Made by a program: the position numbers and the translations under genes
Notes under the pieces: model-generated
Told to the model about the DNA's origin: nothing
What the model saw: the letters and a program-made list of their open reading frames with translations, nothing else
Database searches by the model: none
Assembly: GCA_963761335.1 (NCBI GenBank)
Contig: CAVXGR010000018.1
Span: 1,056,001 to 1,120,000 of the forward strand
Length of the DNA stretch: 64,000 bases
Origin: an uncultured delta proteobacterium
Lineage (GTDB): Bacteria; Desulfobacterota; Binatia; HRBIN30; BPIQ01
Direction of reading: 5' to 3'
In this document: piece by piece, positions 62,001-64,000 of the stretch
How the letters are laid out: each line of letters starts with the position of its first letter
Numbering within the stretch: position 1 is the stretch's first letter

Positions 62001-63452
62001 CTAATTCCCGGCGCCGCGCAGGTACTCGGTGAGAGTGGCGAAGTCGTTGCCGGCGGCCAGCGCGGTCTCGCGGCGAATGCGCTTGGCGCGCACCAGGTCG
62101 GTGAGGCTGCGTTCCAGGGCCACCATCCCCTCGCTGCCGCCCGACTGGAGAGCGCTGGCGATCTGCGCCGTGCGGCCCTCGCGGATCAGATTGGCGACCG
62201 CGTGGGTCACCCGCAGGAGCTCTACGGCCGGCACCCGGCCGCTGCCGTCGACGGTGGGCAGCAGGCGTTGCGAGATCACGGCGCGCAGCGCGTCGGCGAG
62301 CTGCACGCGAATCTGCCGCTGGCGTTCGGGCGGATAGGTGTCGACGATGCGCTCCACCGCGGACGCGGCGGTGCGGCTGTGCAGGCTGGCGAAGACGAGG
62401 TGTCCGGTCTCGGCGGCGGTGAGCGCCAGGCTGATGGTCTCGGGGTCCCGCATCTCGCCGACGAGGATGATGTCGGGGTCCTCGCGCAGCGTGTCGCGCA
62501 AACCGGTGGTGAAGTCGCGCACGTGGGTGCCGACCTCCCGCTGGCGCACCAGGCTCGACGAGTGCACCGGTTGCAGGTGGTACTCGATTGGGTCCTCCAG
62601 GGTCACCACCACCTGCGGCCGCAGGTGCAGGGCGTGCTGAACCAGAGCCGCCATGGTGCTGCTCTTGCCGCAGCCGGTCGGCCCGCAGGCGATCACCAGC
62701 CCGTTGGGCAGGTCGACGAGCGCTTCGATCTGCGGCGGCAGGTTCAGCTCGGCGAGCGTCGGCACCTCGCTGCGGAGGATGCGCACGGCGGCGCACAGTC
62801 CCTCCTCGCTGGAGTAGACGTTGACGCGCACGCGGCCCACGCCGGCGACGTCGAAGGCGCGATCCACCGAGCCGCCGGCGCGCAGGCGCTGGCGGCGCTC
62901 CTCGCTGCCGATCAGCCCCGTGGCGTCGAATCCGGGGAGCTCCGCCATGATCTCGAGGGCGCCGTTGGCGCGGATGATCGGGGCGCGGTGTGGGCTCAGA
63001 TGCAGGTCGCTGGCGCCTCGTGACAGCGCCTGCTTCAGCAGGTCCGCCAGCGGCGCCGGCAGCGCCTCGCTCTCCGCGAGGGAAGCCGGAGCGGCCGGCC
63101 GCGGCCCCGCGGCCTCGCCGCAGGAGGCATCGTTGGAGGCGAGCGCATCCTTCTGCCGGAGGAAGCGGACCTCGATGGAGGAGTCGTCGGCGTGCGCGAG
63201 CCGCAAGGCGAAGCGTCCCAGGTCTTCGCTGTCGTAGGTGAGCGACAGCTCGTGGCGATGGCGCAGCGCCGCTTCGTGAGCGGTCCACAGATCATCGAGC
63301 AGCTCGCGGATGCGCTCCGTCGACATCGCCGGGATCGTCAGCGGCAGCTCGGCGTCCTCCTTGAACATCTGCGGCCGCCGATCCGACGCCAAGCGGAGCT
63401 CCGTGCCTCCCTGCTGCACCAGGATGTTGAGGAGGCTGTCGATGGTTCTCAC
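62001..63452 (-). CDS. pilT: PilT/PilU-family ATPase with a duplicated N-terminal domain
   Basis: GPTGCGKS, TLEDPIE, LREDPD, GEMRD, AETGH, ANLIRE; two N-domain motifs (GGTELRL and GASDLHL). Confidence 0.88.
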   Translation of the reverse strand: MRTIDSLLNILVQQGGTELRLASDRRPQMFKEDAELPLTIPAMSTERIRELLDDLWTAHEAALRHRHELSLTYDSEDLGRFALRLAHADDSSIEVRFLRQKDALASNDASCGEAAGPRPAAPASLAESEALPAPLADLLKQALSRGASDLHLSPHRAPIIRANGALEIMAELPGFDATGLIGSEERRQRLRAGGSVDRAFDVAGVGRVRVNVYSSEEGLCAAVRILRSEVPTLAELNLPPQIEALVDLPNGLVIACGPTGCGKSSTMAALVQHALHLRPQVVVTLEDPIEYHLQPVHSSSLVRQREVGTHVRDFTTGLRDTLREDPDIILVGEMRDPETISLALTAAETGHLVFASLHSRTAASAVERIVDTYPPERQRQIRVQLADALRAVISQRLLPTVDGSGRVPAVELLRVTHAVANLIREGRTAQIASALQSGGSEGMVALERSLTDLVRAKRIRRETALAAGNDFATLTEYLRGAGN

Positions 63453-63533
63453 GTGGCGGCTCGGCCTCTCACCCGCTGATCTTTGCCTGACCCGCGCCGC
63501 CGCCGCAACCACGGGAGCGGGACGATACTCGAT

Positions 63534-64000
63534 TCACCGATCAGAAGTCGGGTGACCGCCTCTGGTGTACTGGCGCGGCGACAGGCCCGTCCAGCGCTTG
63601 AAGGCGCGGGAGAAGGTGCTGGTTTCGGCGAATCCGAGGATGAAGGCAATCTCGGTGACGTTGAGGCGGCCTTCGCGCAGGTAGCTGCGGGCCAGGTCGA
63701 TGCGGGCGCCGTCGAGGAGCGTCTTGAACGAGGTGCCCTCGTCCGCCAGGTGGCGCTGCAGGTTGCGCGGGCTGACGCCGAGCTGCCGCGCCACGGCGAT
63801 CTTGGACGGACGGCCGTCGGGCAGGGAATCCACCAGCGCCGCCAGCACTCGATTGGAGAGGCTCGCCTTCTCCAGTCCCGCCAGGTAGTCGACCACCACT
63901 TGCTCGTTGCTGCGCGCCAGCTCGGCATTGGCGGCCGGGAGCGGCTCGTCGAGTGCGGCGCGCGCGTACTCAATGGCATTCAGCGGCTGCGAGAAGGCGA
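63534..64000 (-). CDS. AraC-family regulator, C-terminal part (5' end outside the window)
   Basis: VARQLGVSPRNLQRHL, EIAFILGFAETSTFSRAFKRWTG. Confidence 0.93.
   Translation of the reverse strand, partial: AFSQPLNAIEYARAALDEPLPAANAELARSNEQVVVDYLAGLEKASLSNRVLAALVDSLPDGRPSKIAVARQLGVSPRNLQRHLADEGTSFKTLLDGARIDLARSYLREGRLNVTEIAFILGFAETSTFSRAFKRWTGLSPRQYTRGGHPTSDR

Noticed and set aside
59753..63288. Apparent long fusion ORFs over moaD/aor/pilT in the ORF track
   Set aside because: Stop-free upstream extensions in GC-rich DNA; the real genes have their own SD and starts at 60016, 61932 and 63452

Overview
High-GC bacterial chromosomal window; the gene content is reminiscent of Ca. Binatia or Deltaproteobacteria-like MAGs (inference only). 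From left to right: (1) the end of a citrate-synthase-like gene; (2) a complete hypFCDEAB-hybOABCD membrane-bound [NiFe]-hydrogenase operon with a candidate sigma54 promoter; (3) a 280-bp tandem triplication containing the tails of both convergent flanking genes; (4) a ~24-kb island (16.0-40.4 kb) with FIVE divergent type II DMSO-reductase-family (ethylbenzene/steroid-C25-dehydrogenase-like) catalytic subunits, two beta subunits, one heme-b gamma subunit, one TorD-like chaperone, an embedded Rieske/ferredoxin/split cytochrome b6/octaheme cytochrome c module and a TetR regulator. A 16-bp palindrome (CCKACCG-NN-CGGTMGG) lies just upstream of five genes in the island, including tetR, which suggests a single regulon. 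Genes between ~19.0 and ~36.8 kb carry many indels, most likely consensus errors. (5) The right part holds a GST, a sirtuin, UPF0182, an acyl-CoA dehydrogenase/nitroreductase/thiolase/CoA-ligase operon, a metallophosphoesterase, TauE, a hemerythrin-like protein, a YLDPGSGS-peptide/NoeA-like methyltransferase/sulfatase-like module, AOR plus MoaD, PilT and a partial AraC. Several REP-like palindrome families occur, plus a small non-coding element that inserts into one REP family at a CAG. No rRNA, tRNA, CRISPR array or transposase was seen.
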